DNA of 64,000 nucleotides from Glycera tridactyla. Lineage: Eukaryota. The notes below the pieces were generated by a model that was given only the letters and a program-made list of their open reading frames with translations, had not been told where the DNA came from and did not search any database. The stretch is taken from positions 20,150,001-20,214,000 of the forward strand of contig OZ286476.1 of the NCBI GenBank assembly GCA_965644265.1. Direction: 5' to 3'. Shown here in pieces: positions 60,815-64,000 of the stretch (position 1 is its first letter; each line of letters opens with the position of its first letter). The position numbers and the translations under genes are program-made.

Positions 60815-63223
60815 GTATGTCATAATGCGATACACAATGGACCAGAATCAATGTTTCATAAATCATACTCAATTCAAGCAAAGCCAAACAAACAAACATC
60901 ATTATTTGATCTGGATTGACATATGGAAATATGAATGGGAATGGGACCAAGTATCTGGTTGAAAGGCATGTTTGAATTGAGTATGATCCACGGAATGAGG
61001 TAGCATTGATTCTGTGACAAGGGCTTCCCGGAAAATGGCTACTATGCTTGGTGGAAGGACCTCGATGCTTCTGGTGCCATGATTACTGTCTACATCAAAC
61101 CATGTATACTATTCATGTATATAGCGATCCTGTCCCATGGCAGTTCAATCCATGCTTTGTGGCCCCTTCCTTTCCAGCCAACAATTGCGTGAACCAAGTC
61201 AGTATGAACTCCATACTGGGCCGGTTTCATCTATCTGGATCTCAACCATATGCATAGGCAGATGCGATGCAATGATTAACAATTTGCTGAATCGATAGGC
61301 ATATGAAGTCAATGAATGAGGTTGCTTTTATAGGCAGTTTATGGAAAGATCACAGTATTTTGTTAAGTAGATGCCAACCATTATGATTTCGATGTAGTAA
61401 ATGGTCTTTCTGAGCCCAGATTCATGAATTTTTCGAGTGATGCTAATACAAATCTCTCTGATTTCCTTGCGAATATTGACATTCCTACTCTTTGAAATCA
61501 GTAGCATTATCATTATTGTTGATCAGAGTTTGGCATCGCTGTTTGTTAGGAGTGTTGTCATCAAAACATGAAGAGCAACATGATTCATTGATTTTGATGC
61601 TGGAGAATCTATTAGAGAACTCCCCCAGAATTGGGAAAGTTACTGCTGAACGTAGGTGAAGCATATTGCTTAAAAAAATAGCCATAGTGCAGATTTCAGA
61701 GCCACTGAATGGCGTACTTATCATTTCTTGACTGAAGTGGTAGCTGATCACAGGCACCATCCAATGTGCTTCCAGATGTTTCCAATGGACTTTCATATGA
61801 TGCTCCAGGCATCATGCCAAATCTTTTCAAAACAAGTGGAAAGCTGACTATCTTGAGAATTGTTCTTCAATATTTTTATTGTGACTGAAATGTCTGTCAG
61901 TCACAAGAATAGAGTGCTGTACATGACTTTACACATGCATTCATTCTTCTGCTATAGCACCAGTGTGCTTGCACTGGAGTCACACTCCTCGACTCTAAAG
62001 GCGGAAAGTTGTCATTCAATAAGATCAACCTATTTTATGGTTTCATCATCTGATATTATCAGTTGAAGATGATGTGTATACATCTGCAGATATTCTTCAG
62101 TTGATGCTAAGAATGCCATCTAACACCCTGGCTGTTAACAAGATACAGATATCTTATCAGATTGAAAATTGTACCTGTTATCATGTTTCTGGCTTGTTGA
62201 AACGTGTGACCTTTAATATCATATGATAGATATAGCTCCGATCTCTTTATATCTATTGTGATTATTCAGACAGAACAATGCCTTGATGGAGTGACCACTA
62301 ATAGGGATTAAATTGTGATTTATGTACGTTCGATATATGCTGATGATGGTAAGACATTCATTTCAGTCTGAAAATAGAAGCTGTATTTCAAGTGTAATTC
62401 ATAGTTGTACAGTTTTCCTGCTTCTGAAGTTTTTTAAAATTGAGAACATGTTACTCCAATTTCATATCAACAATATGCATTGATTGATGGCCTGTCTGGG
62501 TTTTCATCCATGGTATATGATCCAACCATCAGTTATGAATATGAATATCTTACATTTATCAGCATAGCTATGATGACATGACTCCTATATTGGAAATATG
62601 TCAACCCTGCCTGATTTTTCAATCGATATTTTTATGTTAAACTTTCTATTACATCAATTGATTGTTCCATCATTCATTTCTGTTCAATCCGCGTATTGGC
62701 AATTCTGGCTTTCTTTGATATTATTCCTCATGTGAATATTTTACCCCTGGTTTTATTCGCTGATAAAATTTTATATTTTGGATGTGTCATTTGGATTTTT
62801 GATTTTGTTCACTTTGGGATTATATTTTTTGAATCTTGTCAAAGAGCATCGATCAAACCAGAAGGAAATGCAGATAATTCTTTTTTGAAGATAAAATCCA
62901 AAGAGGAAGATTCAATTTGGATATCTGCCTTGTAATGACAGTATTACAAGGCAGGCAAACTCTCATCAGGGGTGTCTCATAGGAGGTTTCACTGTACAGA
63001 ATAACTTATTACTAATTACACACCAGTGAAGATGAAAGTCAGTAGATAGCTCAGTTATTCATTTCTTAAAGTGATGAGTTCATGGTAATAATTTCAGCTG
63101 TAATATATGAAGCACAATTCCGCTCATACAGTTCATGATGGAAAACTCCAATATGTTACTTTTATTTCTGACACTCATTGTCAGGGGAGGTAAGATCGAT
63201 GAGCTGTTCAGTCATCAGTACTA

Positions 63224-63455
63224 CCTTATGTTGCCGTATACATGCCCATACCCAATTAGATGCACACTATGTAATTTACCTCGTCCACGGCACCACTGAT
63301 GACCAGTGGGACACATGTCAACCCCGAATAATCGTGTATTTCGTGATAAAAACTTTTGTCTGTCACTCTTTACCTGGTCAAAGTCGGTTCCAAATAGACG
63401 CACACAGCACTTGACAATGCCTTGGCGCACTACGCATATGCTCAGCAATATATGG
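63224..63455. mobile_element. CCGTATAT-type TA-MITE, second copy, 232 bp
   Basis: TA|CCTTATGTTGCCGTATA...CAGCAATATATGG|TA; shares ggttccaaatagac and gtgataaaaac with 46116. Confidence 0.75.
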
Positions 63456-64000
63456 TAGTAATCAGGCACTGATATTATGTATAACAGTGCCTTACTCTGG
63501 AGGTCCATGCACAGGATGGTATGGATAATTCAACATATTCACACAACTTACCTGGAGCTTCTAACACCAATGCTTACATGACCAGAAGAGCTTGCAAAGG
63601 ATCAAAGGGATGGAAGACTACTTATCACAAAGGATCATACAACAGTGGAGTTGACCATAATGCTTGGGACATAACAAAGATCATAGCCATCAAACCAATT
63701 AATCACTAATGGGACAACATACCATCATATCACACATTGTTACATGTCGGTTCATTGTTAAAAACCTTCAATATTCTCTTCTTGTTTTACTTTGTTCAAT
63801 GCTATCATGTTTCTACTGTTATATGTTATATTCTTTTGGGTTAATTCAATCCTGTCTAGAGGCATGTTATAAGAAATTCCAGTAGTTAAGTATAAGCTGC
63901 TTTGAAAAATTGTTTTGCCTCGTGGATGAAGAAATATTCACCAATCAATGTATGGATTGGTTTGTTTACCATGTTGCTGTCATGTGATTCATTCTTGGAT

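Noticed and set aside
61485-63709. Short ORFs 61485-61796 (-) and 63521-63709 (+) as exons or transposon genes
   Set aside because: No recognisable motifs or consistent splice sites; no further Ig exon was found after 60814.

Overview
Eukaryotic (animal, probably invertebrate) genomic DNA. The whole window lies inside one + strand gene for a titin/obscurin-like giant Ig-domain protein; the gene starts upstream and continues downstream. I reconstructed 11 coding exons from GT-AG sites and reading-frame phase, and they join into one open frame of 23,017 nt (about 7,670 codons): 826-1020, 2615-2873, 3538-3804, 9374-9643, 13249-24714, 34557-38387, 40080-40349, 41454-41531, 45954-46030, 47030-47216, 54698-60814. 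They encode 7 I-set Ig domains, two short PEVK-like linkers and three giant phase 1-1 exons (11,466, 3,831 and 6,117 nt; about 93% of the coding sequence here). The giant exons encode predicted disordered segments of different composition, with internal repeats and short linear motifs. Introns hold about 20 TA-flanked Tc1/mariner/pogo-type MITE copies or fragments (one nested in an older inverted copy of its own family), hAT-like MITEs, a tRNA-box-containing repeat, micro/minisatellites and five N runs. I found no rRNA, intact tRNA gene, CRISPR array or autonomous transposon. Species and orthologue cannot be determined from sequence alone, so no gene symbol is given. All coordinates were read by hand, and novelty claims are untested.
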